A stretch of DNA of 64,000 bases from a candidate division FCPU426 bacterium (GCA_963719085.1 CAVRAL010000001.1:768001-832000); one strand, 5' to 3'; positions 11,530 to 21,682 are shown, counted from the first letter of the stretch. Translations and numbers: made by a program. The notes: generated by a model from the sequence alone, not told the origin.

Positions 11530-13887
11530 TTGAATTCATCGCTTATACCACGCACGATTACCTTTTTGTTTTTACTGGGATTTATCGTTGAACCTTCTTG
11601 GGCCATCGATCCGCTTCCCGTCCAAGACGCTTATGGAATTGGAATGGGGGGAGCGGACAGCGCCATCGTGGGCGGAACCCACTCGATTGAAGTCAATCCG
11701 GCCGGATTGGCCCAAGCCACGGTTCCCATGGGACAAATCGGGCTGGGGCTTGCTCCTCAAGGAACTTTTGATTTAAACAACGTTGTTCTTTATCCGCTTC
11801 AAGATGGGACGGTTTTCGCGCTCTCCCAATTCACCGGGTTTTACAGCGGTTATTCCAACACGGCCATTGTGGGATCCGTCGGCCTGCCGCTGGACTCGTC
11901 CCGGGATCTGTCTTTGGGATTGAACCTCAAATATCTGCTTCTTTCCAATCCGGCGAATTCGGTGGAAGGCCCTGGCCGCGGATTTGGAATGGATTTAGGT
12001 TTTACCTATAACCTCAGGGATTCCAAGGGAACCTTGGCCTCCTTTGGATTAACGATTAAGGATTTAAGCTCCGAGATTCGCTTTTCAAATACGGGCGAGG
12101 AATCCGTGACCCGCACCTTCTCCCTGGGCGCGGCCTATGACGCGATCCAAGACACGCGGATTGAAATGGACGCTGATTTTGTGGATAAGACTTTGGGGCC
12201 CACTTTGTTGCACGACCAGTTTGATTTGGGCGCGGAGCGGTTTTTTCAAGACCGGAATTTTTCGGCCCGGGTCGGTTATAACGACATGTTTCAAAACGAT
12301 GGGGCCTTCACGCTGGGCGGCGGCTATCATCCCGCCCAACCTTTTGAGATCACTTACGCCTTCGAGGTCTCGACCGATTTCAAGCAAGTTTCCAATTTTT
12401 TAACTTTTGTTTACCGGTTGGATGATTGGAATAAAAACAAGACCGAGCAAACCGATAGCAACGGCGAAATTACGCTGGGGCATTCCACGGAGCCTGAGGA
12501 ACAGGCCGCGCAAGAGCCGTCCGCGTCGATCTCCCATACCGGAAGGCCGGTTTCGGGAGTTCCTTTACGAAAAATGCAGGTTTCGGCGCAGCCTAGTTTG
12601 ATTTCGGAGTCCGGCGCCCAAAAAACAACTCAGATCACCTTCCCGGGTGAAAAGCCGGACGATATCGCGGGCTGGGAAATTTTGATTAAAAACTCGACCG
12701 GAAAAATTTACCGGAAAATCGACGGAACGGGCAAGCCTTTTTCGGCCCTGGCATGGGATGGAACGGATGACTCCGGAAAAACGCTTCCCGAAGGCGTTTA
12801 TCAAATCAATCTTCGAACCTTCAACGCTTCCAATGATTTGCTGTCCGACGATTTCACCGACTTGCAAATTGTTCCGGCCCGGTCGCGTTTTGGAATGACG
12901 GTCAACTCGCCTTATTTGTCCATGGCGAAGACGAACAAGACGCCCGGACTTTTATTCACGCCGGACCCGGGCGGTTCCTATGACGCTCCGACTTGGGAAT
13001 TGAAAGTGGAAAACGCCGTCACCCATGAGGTGGTTTATGAACATAAAGGCAAGGTTCGAATCCCGAAGACCCTCAAATGGAACGGACGGGGATTGAAAGG
13101 GTTGCCGGTCCCCGATGGAACTTATGAGTGCACTTTGAGCGCGGTGGATAAATTAGGGGACCAGTTAAGCACGGAGCCGGTTGAAATTATCGTCCGCAGC
13201 GCGCCGCCGGCGGCCGCTTTAAAAGGAGACGATCATTGGGTTGATTTTTCCAAAACGGAAAAATTGAGCCTTCATTTGAGCGCCGAGGATTCGGCGGGAA
13301 TTCAAAACTGGTCAGTGAAGTTATTGGATGAGGATGACAATGTTTTGAAGACTTTCCTGGGGCAAGACGCCCCGCCGGAAGAGGTGGCTTGGAACGGCAA
13401 ATTGGACTCTGCGGAGACCATTCCGGACGGAAGCTTTGTGCGGGCCGAGTTTTGGGTCCAAGATAAAGCCGGTAACATAACCCAAACCGACGATTTTCCC
13501 ATTCAAGTTTTAGTCAAGGCTCCCGCGGGCCAGGCCAGTCTTTCGCTTAACTTAACGACGGTCTATTTCGCCGATGAAGCGGATACCCTGAGCCCGGAAG
13601 CTAAAAAGGAAATACAACAAGCCGCCATTTCCATTAAACCTTACCTGGATAAAAGTATTTTTGTGATCGAGGGCTACGCGGACTCCGCTGAAAACGATGA
13701 TTTGGTGACGCTTTCGCATGACCGGGCCGACAGTGTCCGGGAGTATTTGATGAAGACCTTCTCGGTTTCGGCGGATAAGGTTTTCGCCTTGGGTTATGCC
13801 GCCCGTGAAACGCTGAAGGACGCGGCTGGGGCCGAGCCCGCCGATAAGCAGCGCCGCGCCACGATTACGCTTTATACCCAGCCTTAG
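11530..13887 (+). CDS. Outer-membrane protein: PorV/FadL-like barrel + three FlgD-Ig-like domains + OmpA-like C-terminal domain
   Basis: GMGGADSA...NPAGLA at the N-terminus; WDGTDDSGKTLPEGVY, WNGRGLKGLPVPDGTY and WNGKLDSAETIPDG repeats; VYF...IEGYADS...LSHDRADSV at the C-terminus. Confidence 0.7.
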   Translation: MNSSLIPRTITFLFLLGFIVEPSWAIDPLPVQDAYGIGMGGADSAIVGGTHSIEVNPAGLAQATVPMGQIGLGLAPQGTFDLNNVVLYPLQDGTVFALSQFTGFYSGYSNTAIVGSVGLPLDSSRDLSLGLNLKYLLLSNPANSVEGPGRGFGMDLGFTYNLRDSKGTLASFGLTIKDLSSEIRFSNTGEESVTRTFSLGAAYDAIQDTRIEMDADFVDKTLGPTLLHDQFDLGAERFFQDRNFSARVGYNDMFQNDGAFTLGGGYHPAQPFEITYAFEVSTDFKQVSNFLTFVYRLDDWNKNKTEQTDSNGEITLGHSTEPEEQAAQEPSASISHTGRPVSGVPLRKMQVSAQPSLISESGAQKTTQITFPGEKPDDIAGWEILIKNSTGKIYRKIDGTGKPFSALAWDGTDDSGKTLPEGVYQINLRTFNASNDLLSDDFTDLQIVPARSRFGMTVNSPYLSMAKTNKTPGLLFTPDPGGSYDAPTWELKVENAVTHEVVYEHKGKVRIPKTLKWNGRGLKGLPVPDGTYECTLSAVDKLGDQLSTEPVEIIVRSAPPAAALKGDDHWVDFSKTEKLSLHLSAEDSAGIQNWSVKLLDEDDNVLKTFLGQDAPPEEVAWNGKLDSAETIPDGSFVRAEFWVQDKAGNITQTDDFPIQVLVKAPAGQASLSLNLTTVYFADEADTLSPEAKKEIQQAAISIKPYLDKSIFVIEGYADSAENDDLVTLSHDRADSVREYLMKTFSVSADKVFALGYAARETLKDAAGAEPADKQRRATITLYTQP

Positions 13888-13975
13888 ACGGGTTGAGCCG
13901 AGTCATTCCAACCGACAAAATCCCGAAAATTTGTTAAAATAACAGCCTTACTTCCCAAGAAAGGCTTTCCTTTTA

Positions 13976-15277
13976 ATGAGAAAACTCTTAGGTCTTCTCG
14001 TTGTCGCCGGACTGGCGCTTGGACTGAGCCAGTTTCTCATCCAGGAAAACCGAAAAACCCTTCAAGATCAAACCGTGACCCATCTGGTGTTATGGGATCG
14101 TCCCCCGAAGTCCTTGCCCTTGGACCGGCAGATTTGGGATGAGACGGTCGATCGTTTTGAGGAAGCCAACCCGGACATCAAAGTGGAGAGCTATGAAAGG
14201 ACCTACCAGCCCGAAGAATTCATCACGGTGATGGCCGGCGGCAAGGGGCCGGATTTGGTGAAGGTATGGGTCGGCGCCGTCCAAACCTTGGCCAACATGG
14301 GTTTTTTAAAACCGGTGGATGACTACATCCAAACCTGGAGTCAAAAGGACTACATCAAACCTGTGTTATGGGAAAGCACCCAGGTGGGAGACCATACCTA
14401 TGGAGTTCCCGCGGACACTTATTTTTTATTTTTACTTTACCGCAAGGACCTTTTTGTTCAGGCGGGGCTTAATCCGGATACGCCTCCCGCCAATTGGGAC
14501 CAGTTGGCCGCCGCCGCGAAAATATTGACCCGAAGGGACCAGGGGCAATATGGGTTAGGGCTGGTGCCCAAAACCTGGTATTTTCAGGATTTTGTCTGGC
14601 AGGCCGGCGGGGACATGACAAAAATCGAGAATAATAAAGTGGTTTCGGCTTTCGCCGATCCGCCGGCGGTTCAGGCTCTTAATTTTTGGAAGGATCTTCG
14701 GTGGAAGTATGACGTGCTTCAACCGGATGTTTTAAATAATGAGACCGAGCTCCTTCATCTTTTCGCTTTGGGAAAAGTCGCCATGCTTTTTGGGGTGGCG
14801 GATGAATTACCGGCTTTGATCACCCGCTATAAAATTAAAGCGGATTCTTTTGGAATCGCACCTTTGCCGGCGGGCCCCGCGGGCCCCGCGGCCCATCTGG
14901 GCGGGCAAATTTACATCATTAATTCCACTTCCTCCAAGGACAAGCAGGACGCGGCCTGGAAATGGATCGAATTTGAGCTTTCACCGGCCAATCAGCTTTG
15001 GAAATGGAAGCGAATGCATGATTTAAATATGGTCATATTTCCGGGCGCGTTCAGCTCGGCCACCGATTTGTTAAACCAACCCGAGTTTAAAATGGTCCAG
15101 GACGCCATCACCACGGCTCACTTTGAGCCCCATGTCAATGGCTGGCCTGAAGTCCGGGATTTGCTGGACGAGGACCCGCTTCAAGAGGTTTTACTGGACC
15201 CGGACGCGGATCCGGCCCAACTGCTGCTGGATTACGCTAAAAAAGCCGACCGGGATATTTTTTCTAAATTGAATTAG
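13976..15277 (+). CDS. Carbohydrate ABC transporter substrate-binding protein
   Basis: FEEANPDIKV, YGVP, YRKDLF...AGL and PPANWDQL motifs (SBP family 1). Confidence 0.9.
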   Translation: MRKLLGLLVVAGLALGLSQFLIQENRKTLQDQTVTHLVLWDRPPKSLPLDRQIWDETVDRFEEANPDIKVESYERTYQPEEFITVMAGGKGPDLVKVWVGAVQTLANMGFLKPVDDYIQTWSQKDYIKPVLWESTQVGDHTYGVPADTYFLFLLYRKDLFVQAGLNPDTPPANWDQLAAAAKILTRRDQGQYGLGLVPKTWYFQDFVWQAGGDMTKIENNKVVSAFADPPAVQALNFWKDLRWKYDVLQPDVLNNETELLHLFALGKVAMLFGVADELPALITRYKIKADSFGIAPLPAGPAGPAAHLGGQIYIINSTSSKDKQDAAWKWIEFELSPANQLWKWKRMHDLNMVIFPGAFSSATDLLNQPEFKMVQDAITTAHFEPHVNGWPEVRDLLDEDPLQEVLLDPDADPAQLLLDYAKKADRDIFSKLN

Positions 15278-15287
15278 GAGCCGCCGC

Positions 15288-16574
15288 TTGCCGAAAGACT
15301 TTAAACCCTTTTCCATTTATGACGACGACGAAGAGCACAAGCCCGTTCAGATGCCCTCGGATTTGGGGAAAGAACCTGAGGGTGATTTGGGTTTGGAGAT
15401 CGAGGACGGTCCCGAGCCCGAATATATCAAGGCGCGGGAAGATCTTTTGAAACAACTGGGCTTGGATGGATCCTCCGAGGCGTCGAAAATTCCGGCGGCT
15501 TCTTCCGCGCCGGCTTCCGAGAATCTGGAAAACGCCCCTTTTTTACAAGGCCAAGTGGATCAGTCCGTGGAAGACCGGGCGAAATCCATTATTCAAAACC
15601 GGAAAGAAACGGGGAAAATACGCGACCGGCGGAAAGTCGCCTCGATTTTTGATAAGCCGATTGAGCCGGACAAACCGATCACACCGGGAAAGGCGAGTTG
15701 GCATCCCTTAAGCCATCGGGCCCAGGCCTTTTGGTTTTTGTTCCCAGCGCTTTTATTATTTTGTGTTTTTTATCTTTATCCCATGATCAAAGGTTTTCAG
15801 ATCAGCTTGACCCACTATAGTCCGCTGGGAACGAGCGATCCGGCGGGCTGGGATAATTACGAAAAGGCCTTCGGCGACTCTTTTTTCTGGCAAACGGTGG
15901 TGAACGCGGTCGCTTTCACCTTGGCGTCCCTCGTGATCGGGTTTTGGCCGCCAATTTTTTTAGCGATATTATTGAACGAGGTTACCCGGGGAAAGGGCAT
16001 GATGAAGGTGATGTATTTACTGCCTTTCGTGATTCCAGTGGTGCCCGCCGCCAATTTGTGGCGGTGGATGTTTGACGATGGGTTCGGGGTCTTTAACTCG
16101 ATCTTGCAAACGCTGACGGGCGACCCCCATTCTAGGATCGGCTGGTTGAGCGATCCCCGTTGGGCGCTGCTTTCCATTGTGGTGATGTTTGTCTGGAAGA
16201 ACATGGGCTGGTTTATGCTGATCTATTACGCGTCCTTGCAAAATCTGCCGGATGAGCTTTATGAGGCGGCGGAGCTGGACGGAGCGTCCATTCGAAAAAA
16301 GCTGGTCAGTATCACGTTGCCGTACCTTTTGCCGGTGATTCAAATTTTGCTCATTATACAGGTTTTGACGACCTTTCAAATTTTTACCGAAGTGTATGTG
16401 ATGACCAACGGCGGTCCCATGCATTCGACGGAGGTCATCGGCACCTATATCTATAAAACCGCCTTCGGAAACATGGATTTGGGCTACGCTTCGGCGATGG
16501 CCATGCTCATGTTTGGGGTATTGCTTATTTTTTCGATGATTCGTTTGTATCAGTTAAAACAAGTTTCCCGATAG
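15288..16574 (+). CDS. Carbohydrate ABC permease with long N-terminal extension
   Basis: EAA loop ELYEAAELDGA; TNGGPMHST; about 140 aa hydrophilic N-terminus. Confidence 0.9.
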   Translation: MPKDFKPFSIYDDDEEHKPVQMPSDLGKEPEGDLGLEIEDGPEPEYIKAREDLLKQLGLDGSSEASKIPAASSAPASENLENAPFLQGQVDQSVEDRAKSIIQNRKETGKIRDRRKVASIFDKPIEPDKPITPGKASWHPLSHRAQAFWFLFPALLLFCVFYLYPMIKGFQISLTHYSPLGTSDPAGWDNYEKAFGDSFFWQTVVNAVAFTLASLVIGFWPPIFLAILLNEVTRGKGMMKVMYLLPFVIPVVPAANLWRWMFDDGFGVFNSILQTLTGDPHSRIGWLSDPRWALLSIVVMFVWKNMGWFMLIYYASLQNLPDELYEAAELDGASIRKKLVSITLPYLLPVIQILLIIQVLTTFQIFTEVYVMTNGGPMHSTEVIGTYIYKTAFGNMDLGYASAMAMLMFGVLLIFSMIRLYQLKQVSR

Positions 16575-16578
16575 GAAA

Positions 16579-17517
16579 ATGGGAATGGAAAAAAATCAAA
16601 AAATAAAAAAGATCCCGGCGGCGCCCGCTCCCAAGATCCGCGGGCTTTTTTCCCCACAGGACCGGCGGAGCGCCTCAGTGAGGCTGTTTCTGGCGCTGGG
16701 AAATCTGGGCCTGTTTCTGGGCGCGCTCGTTATCATCTCCCCGATTTTATGGATGGTTTTAGGGTCGTTTAAGACTCCGGAAGAGCTTTACGCCGTTCCG
16801 CAAAGTTACTTGCCCCAATCCATTCAACTGGATAATTATTTCCAAGCTTTTCAATTGGTCCCTTTGGTGCGCTATCTTTTGAACAGCTTGTTCATTTGCT
16901 CGGCGGTGGTCGCGGGGCAACTGCTCTTTTGCTCCATGGCCGCCTATTCCATCTCCAAATTGCGGGTGAAGTTCGCCGGGGGGATTCTTCTTCTTTTCAT
17001 GACGAGTTTGATGGTTCCTTTTGAGGTTTTAATCATTCCGCTTTACTTGATCACTAAAAACTTCCCCTTGGGGCCCGGTTTCCCCGGCGTCAATATGCTG
17101 GATAGCTACTGGGCCATTATTTTGCCGTCCATTTTCAGCGCTTTTGGAATTTTACTTTTGAAGGATTTTTACGACTCAATTCCCAACGAAATTCTTTACG
17201 CGGCCAGAATCGACGGATGCGGCGAGCTGAAGGTTTTCTTTGGCTTCATCATCCCGATGACCAGGCCCATTATGGCTATTTTGGCCATTTTTTCCTTTGT
17301 AACGACTTGGAATAGTTTCTTTTGGCCTTTGGTGGTATTGAACAATCCGGATTTTTACCCCTTGGTTTTAGGGGTTCAAAAATTAATTGATATGGGCGAG
17401 CCATGGAACATTGTTTTGGCGGCGTTGGTCCTCACGACCTTGCCGTCTGTTTTGCTTTTAATCGCTTTCCAAAAAACGATTATCCGCGGAATCGCCTACA
17501 CGGGTGTTTACGGTTGA
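16579..17517 (+). CDS. Carbohydrate ABC permease
   Basis: EILYAARIDGC EAA loop; WNSFFWPL. Confidence 0.9.
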   Translation: MGMEKNQKIKKIPAAPAPKIRGLFSPQDRRSASVRLFLALGNLGLFLGALVIISPILWMVLGSFKTPEELYAVPQSYLPQSIQLDNYFQAFQLVPLVRYLLNSLFICSAVVAGQLLFCSMAAYSISKLRVKFAGGILLLFMTSLMVPFEVLIIPLYLITKNFPLGPGFPGVNMLDSYWAIILPSIFSAFGILLLKDFYDSIPNEILYAARIDGCGELKVFFGFIIPMTRPIMAILAIFSFVTTWNSFFWPLVVLNNPDFYPLVLGVQKLIDMGEPWNIVLAALVLTTLPSVLLLIAFQKTIIRGIAYTGVYG

Positions 17518-18089
17518 TTCGGGAAAATGAAAAACTAAAAGCCTGGGTGAAAAGCCAGGTCAGTCCCCGGCGGTTTAAGCATATCCAAGGGGTGGTCAAG
17601 ACTTCCGGCGATTTAGCGGGGCGATTCGGTCAATCGGCCTCGAAGGCTAGGCTGGCGGCATGGTTTCATGATTGCGCCAAGGAAATGACACGCGCACAAA
17701 TGTTAAGCTGGCTGAGGGGAACGCCTTTTCGATTGGACCGGCTCGAGAAACGGATGCCCGGGCTTTGGCACCCCCACGCGGGGGCGGCCATCGCGCTCAA
17801 AAAATGGAAATTAAAGGACGCGGCGGTTTTGGAAGCCATTCGATCGCATACGTTAGGCGGGGAAAGAATGGGGCCCTTGGCGCAAGTCGTGTTTGTGGCG
17901 GATTTCATTGAGCCGGGCCGGGTTTTTGAGGGAGTGGGGCTAGCCCGCGCCGCGGCCCGGCGTGGATTAGCTGAAGGGGTTCGAGTGAAAACAGTCCTCA
18001 CCTTGGAACAGCTTTTAAAGAACGGCGAGATGGTTCACCCCCGGCTGCTATTGACATGGAACGCTTTTTTATCAAAGGACGGAAAATGA
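17514..18089 (+). CDS. yqeK: HD-domain hydrolase, YqeK family (Ap4A hydrolase)
   Basis: RFKHIQGV, FHDCAKE, AIRSHT and ADFIEPGR motifs; TTG start overlaps the upstream TGA. Confidence 0.85.
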   Translation: MIRENEKLKAWVKSQVSPRRFKHIQGVVKTSGDLAGRFGQSASKARLAAWFHDCAKEMTRAQMLSWLRGTPFRLDRLEKRMPGLWHPHAGAAIALKKWKLKDAAVLEAIRSHTLGGERMGPLAQVVFVADFIEPGRVFEGVGLARAAARRGLAEGVRVKTVLTLEQLLKNGEMVHPRLLLTWNAFLSKDGK

Positions 18090-18937
18090 AGGCCTTGATC
18101 GGATGGTTAATGGGTTTCGCCCTTGTTTTGTTTTTGAGCTGGACAAGCTATCAGGCTTTGTCCCGCTCGCCGCTGAGCGTCTTTTGGGTTGAGAGGTCCT
18201 CGGAAGGGGTGGACGCCTTTCGAGTTAATTTATTTTTATCCGGGGCCCGGGGGCAAATGGCTCCGATCAGTTTGACCGACGCGCAAAAAAAAATATTACA
18301 AGACGCCTTTGATCAAAAAAACGTCAGCGCGATCGAGTCGCTGGGACAAGAAGTAAACGGGGGACAATGGTTGGTCGGCGTTTCCGGATCGCCGGGGGAT
18401 TGGCCTTGGTTTATCGGCGGGGGGCTGAAAAGCCTTTGGGGCGTCGACAACAACGTGGCTTTTGATAATCTGACGGCCCTGGACCGGATTTACCTGTGTT
18501 TGGCGACCCGGCCGCCCGCCGGTCTTCCGATCGAAGGTGTGCCGGCCGCCCAAACCACCAGCGCGCCGGCCCCCCATTCAACTCCCGTTCCCCCGACCGC
18601 GCAAACAACCGAAGCGGTGGTGCGAGTTAAAATTTTGAACGGATGTGGTATAACAAATGCCGCGGATTGGGTGGCGGGCCGTTTAAAGGGGCCGGGAATC
18701 GTCATTTCGGAAGTGACCAACGCGGATCAATTTCACTATCCCAAAACCCTTGTCCAATCCTCCATCGGCGTCCCGGTGGCGCTGGCCGAAGCGTTGGAGC
18801 GGCTCGGCGTGGGCCAAGAGGATGTGGATCAGACTGGGGCCGCGGAAGCGGACGCCGATGTGGTGGTGACCGTGGGAAAAGACTATCTGAATTTACGGGG
18901 AAAAGCGCGTGAGCGAGCTCATAACAGAAAAAAATAA
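18086..18937 (+). CDS. Membrane-anchored LytR C-terminal domain protein
   Basis: VKILNGCGITNAA...VTNAD...DVVVTVGKDY; ATGA overlap with yqeK. Confidence 0.8.
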   Translation: MKALIGWLMGFALVLFLSWTSYQALSRSPLSVFWVERSSEGVDAFRVNLFLSGARGQMAPISLTDAQKKILQDAFDQKNVSAIESLGQEVNGGQWLVGVSGSPGDWPWFIGGGLKSLWGVDNNVAFDNLTALDRIYLCLATRPPAGLPIEGVPAAQTTSAPAPHSTPVPPTAQTTEAVVRVKILNGCGITNAADWVAGRLKGPGIVISEVTNADQFHYPKTLVQSSIGVPVALAEALERLGVGQEDVDQTGAAEADADVVVTVGKDYLNLRGKARERAHNRKK

Positions 18938-19274
18938 GATCAAGCAGCTTTTTTCAAACCCCACTTCCCGAACCTTGATGGGAATTTGGGTTTTGTTGAA
19001 AGGCTCCCATTTTTCATTGAAGGCGGTGTCCGAGCTTTTGTCCGTCTCCGAAGAAGGACTGGACGCGAAGTTCCAAACTTTCGCCGGCTTGGGGCTCATT
19101 CATGTCAGCGCGGATTTTCAAGGGGAACGCCAAGTGGAGTTTTTGTCCGGCTCAAATCCCGATTTGGAAAGATCTATCGTGGAATTTTTCGAGGGGCGCA
19201 AAAATGATTTTGAGATGGTGGAGTTAAAGGTTCGTTCGCTCATTTATAAAACCATTTTGACCACGTTAGTTTAA
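18909..19274 (+). CDS. Hypothetical protein, possible winged helix-turn-helix
   Basis: Fills the operon gap; SLKAVSELLSVSEEGLDAKFQTFAGLGLIHV resembles a wHTH. Confidence 0.6.
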   Translation: MSELITEKNKIKQLFSNPTSRTLMGIWVLLKGSHFSLKAVSELLSVSEEGLDAKFQTFAGLGLIHVSADFQGERQVEFLSGSNPDLERSIVEFFEGRKNDFEMVELKVRSLIYKTILTTLV

Positions 19275-19279
19275 CCCCC

Positions 19280-20947
19280 ATGATTGACATTTTTTGGATT
19301 AAAAAAACACTGACCGACGCGTTTGAAAAGGCGCTGGGGGAGCTGGGCTTTTCCGACGTGGCGGCTTCCATCGAAATACCCAAAGAAAAGGGGCACGGGG
19401 ACTTTTCCTCGCCGGTCGCCATGTTCTTAGCTAAAAAAATGAAAAAGGCCCCCCTGGCGATCGCCCAAGAAATCGTCCAACATTTAAGCTTTTCCAAGGA
19501 TTTTTTGCTAAAGCTCGAGATCGCCCCGCCCGGATTCATCAACTTAACTTTAAACCCGCGGGTTTATCACGAAGCCCTTCTCTTCGCCATTCAACAAGAT
19601 CGGCAATTTGGGGAAAACAACCGCTCCAAAGGATCAAAAATTCTTTTGGAATTCGTGAGCGCGAATCCGACGGGTCCCTTGAATGTGGTGAACGCCCGGG
19701 CGGCCGCGCTGGGAGACTCGATTGGGAATCTTCTCGCGGCCTCAGGTTGGAAGGTGGAACGGGAATATTATGTGAATGACGCCGGGGTTCAATCCAAACT
19801 TTTTGGGGAGTCGCTTTGGGCGGCTTTTCAAAGGATCAACGGAAGCCCGGTGGAGGCGCCCGAAGGCGGTTATCAAGGCGCTTACATGGAGGATTTGGCC
19901 CAAACGCTTAAAGCCAATCCCGAGTTTAACGCGTTGTCCAAGACAATTTCCAAGGAAGAAATTTGTGATTGGATGGGAAAATGGGGAATGGACCAAGTCG
20001 TGGCTTGGCACCGCGCGGCCATGGAAAAATACGGGGTGCGTTTTGACCGCTGGTTCAGCGAAAATAAAAATTTGCATCAAACCGGGGAAGTTGAAAAAAT
20101 CGTCGAAACGCTAAAGAAAAAAGACTTGGTTTATGAAAAAGAAGGCGCGCTTTGGATCAAAACCGCCGAGTTTGGATCGCCCAAGGACGAGGTGATTGTC
20201 AAAGGAAACGGACTTCCCGCCTATTTTACCGCCGATATCGCCTATCATTCGGGAAAGTTCAACCGGGGTTTTGACCGGCTGGTCGATATTTGGGGGCCCG
20301 ATCACCATGGCCATATTCAACGGATGAAATCGGCGCTGTTGGCTTTAGGCTACCCGGTGGATCACTTCAGTGTTTTAATCGCCCAGCAGGTCAATCTGCT
20401 TCAAGACGGGGAAAAAGTGAAGATGTCGAAACGGGAAGGGAAATTCGTGACCATGGAGGAACTGCTCGACCAAGTCGGAAAAGACGCCGCTCGGTTTTTT
20501 TTCGTGATGCGAAGCGCCAATAGCCATCTAGATTTTGATATCGCGGTCGCGCAAAAGCAAACCGACGAAAATCCGGTTTATTACATCCAATACGCGCACG
20601 CGCGGATTTGCAGTTTGCTTAAAAAAGCCGTGGACGCCGGCTTTAAGGTCGCCTCCGATTTGGAGGATTTGAGCCAATTGGGGGCGGTCGAGGAGATGGG
20701 ACTTCTTAAGGAAATCCTGGAGTACCCTCAATGGGTGGAAGAAAGCGGCCGTAGTTATGAGCCCCATCGTATTGTCGCCTATCTTCAAAATCTGGCGGCT
20801 CAGTTCCATCTTTTTTACGCCAAACACCGGATTTTGGACTCCCCGCCCGCGCTGGGGAACGCCCGGTTAGCCCTCGCTTTTGGGGTCAAAAACGTGATTC
20901 GAAACGCCTTGGATTTGTTGGGAGTTTCGGCTCCCGAAACCATGTAA
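19280..20947 (+). CDS. argS: Arginine--tRNA ligase
   Basis: EFVSANPTGPL, REYYVND, WGPDHHG, KMSKR, NPVYYIQYAHAR and LGVSAPETM. Confidence 0.97.
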   Translation: MIDIFWIKKTLTDAFEKALGELGFSDVAASIEIPKEKGHGDFSSPVAMFLAKKMKKAPLAIAQEIVQHLSFSKDFLLKLEIAPPGFINLTLNPRVYHEALLFAIQQDRQFGENNRSKGSKILLEFVSANPTGPLNVVNARAAALGDSIGNLLAASGWKVEREYYVNDAGVQSKLFGESLWAAFQRINGSPVEAPEGGYQGAYMEDLAQTLKANPEFNALSKTISKEEICDWMGKWGMDQVVAWHRAAMEKYGVRFDRWFSENKNLHQTGEVEKIVETLKKKDLVYEKEGALWIKTAEFGSPKDEVIVKGNGLPAYFTADIAYHSGKFNRGFDRLVDIWGPDHHGHIQRMKSALLALGYPVDHFSVLIAQQVNLLQDGEKVKMSKREGKFVTMEELLDQVGKDAARFFFVMRSANSHLDFDIAVAQKQTDENPVYYIQYAHARICSLLKKAVDAGFKVASDLEDLSQLGAVEEMGLLKEILEYPQWVEESGRSYEPHRIVAYLQNLAAQFHLFYAKHRILDSPPALGNARLALAFGVKNVIRNALDLLGVSAPETM

Positions 20948-20971
20948 ACTTGCGGGAAATGGGAGGGTGGT

Positions 20972-21682
20972 TTGATTCGATTATTCGCCGCTTATCTAAT
21001 GGTGGGGATGAGTTGTCTTGGATGTTCCCGGCATGAGACGGCCGGAATTTCAAGCGATCCCAAACTCGCGCAAGCGCAAAAATCGATAGCGGATGGAAAC
21101 TACGACGCGGCGGTAAGCCAGACAAAAGAAATCGTTTCTCAAGCCCCGGCCTCCACTTTAACGTCGCAAGCGCTTTATTTGGAAGCCTATTCCATGGTTT
21201 ACGGATGGGGCGATTTTCATCAAGCCGCTCGGGCGCTCCGTCAGCTCTTGCAGTCTGATCCGAAGGGTTCGTTGGCCTCGCCGGCCCAAAGACTACTCGC
21301 CGATTGCGACTATTGGCAAGGCAACTATTCCAGGGCGATCCGTGAGTATGGCCCATTGGCGGCCTCGGGGGAAACCGACCCGCGCGAGGACGCCAATTTA
21401 CAGATCGCCAACTGCCTTCTGCTGAAAAACAAGGTCGGGGACGCGATCACCGCTTATCGCGCCATCGTGGACAGGGTCCCCGCCAGTTCAAGCGCGGATA
21501 AGGCTCAAATGATGATCGCGAATATTTACCTGAAGATACAAAACCCAACCCAAGCGAAGACCGAGTTTCAAAAATTATTGTCTTTCACGAAGAACAAAAC
21601 CTTCGAAGAAGACGCCCGAAATTGTGTGCGTCAAATTGACTCGCAGGCGCCTTTTCAAAAATCAAACGGGGACAAGGAATGA
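20972..21682 (+). CDS. TPR lipoprotein
   Basis: Lipobox-like CLGC; multiple TPR helices. Confidence 0.75.
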   Translation: MIRLFAAYLMVGMSCLGCSRHETAGISSDPKLAQAQKSIADGNYDAAVSQTKEIVSQAPASTLTSQALYLEAYSMVYGWGDFHQAARALRQLLQSDPKGSLASPAQRLLADCDYWQGNYSRAIREYGPLAASGETDPREDANLQIANCLLLKNKVGDAITAYRAIVDRVPASSSADKAQMMIANIYLKIQNPTQAKTEFQKLLSFTKNKTFEEDARNCVRQIDSQAPFQKSNGDKE

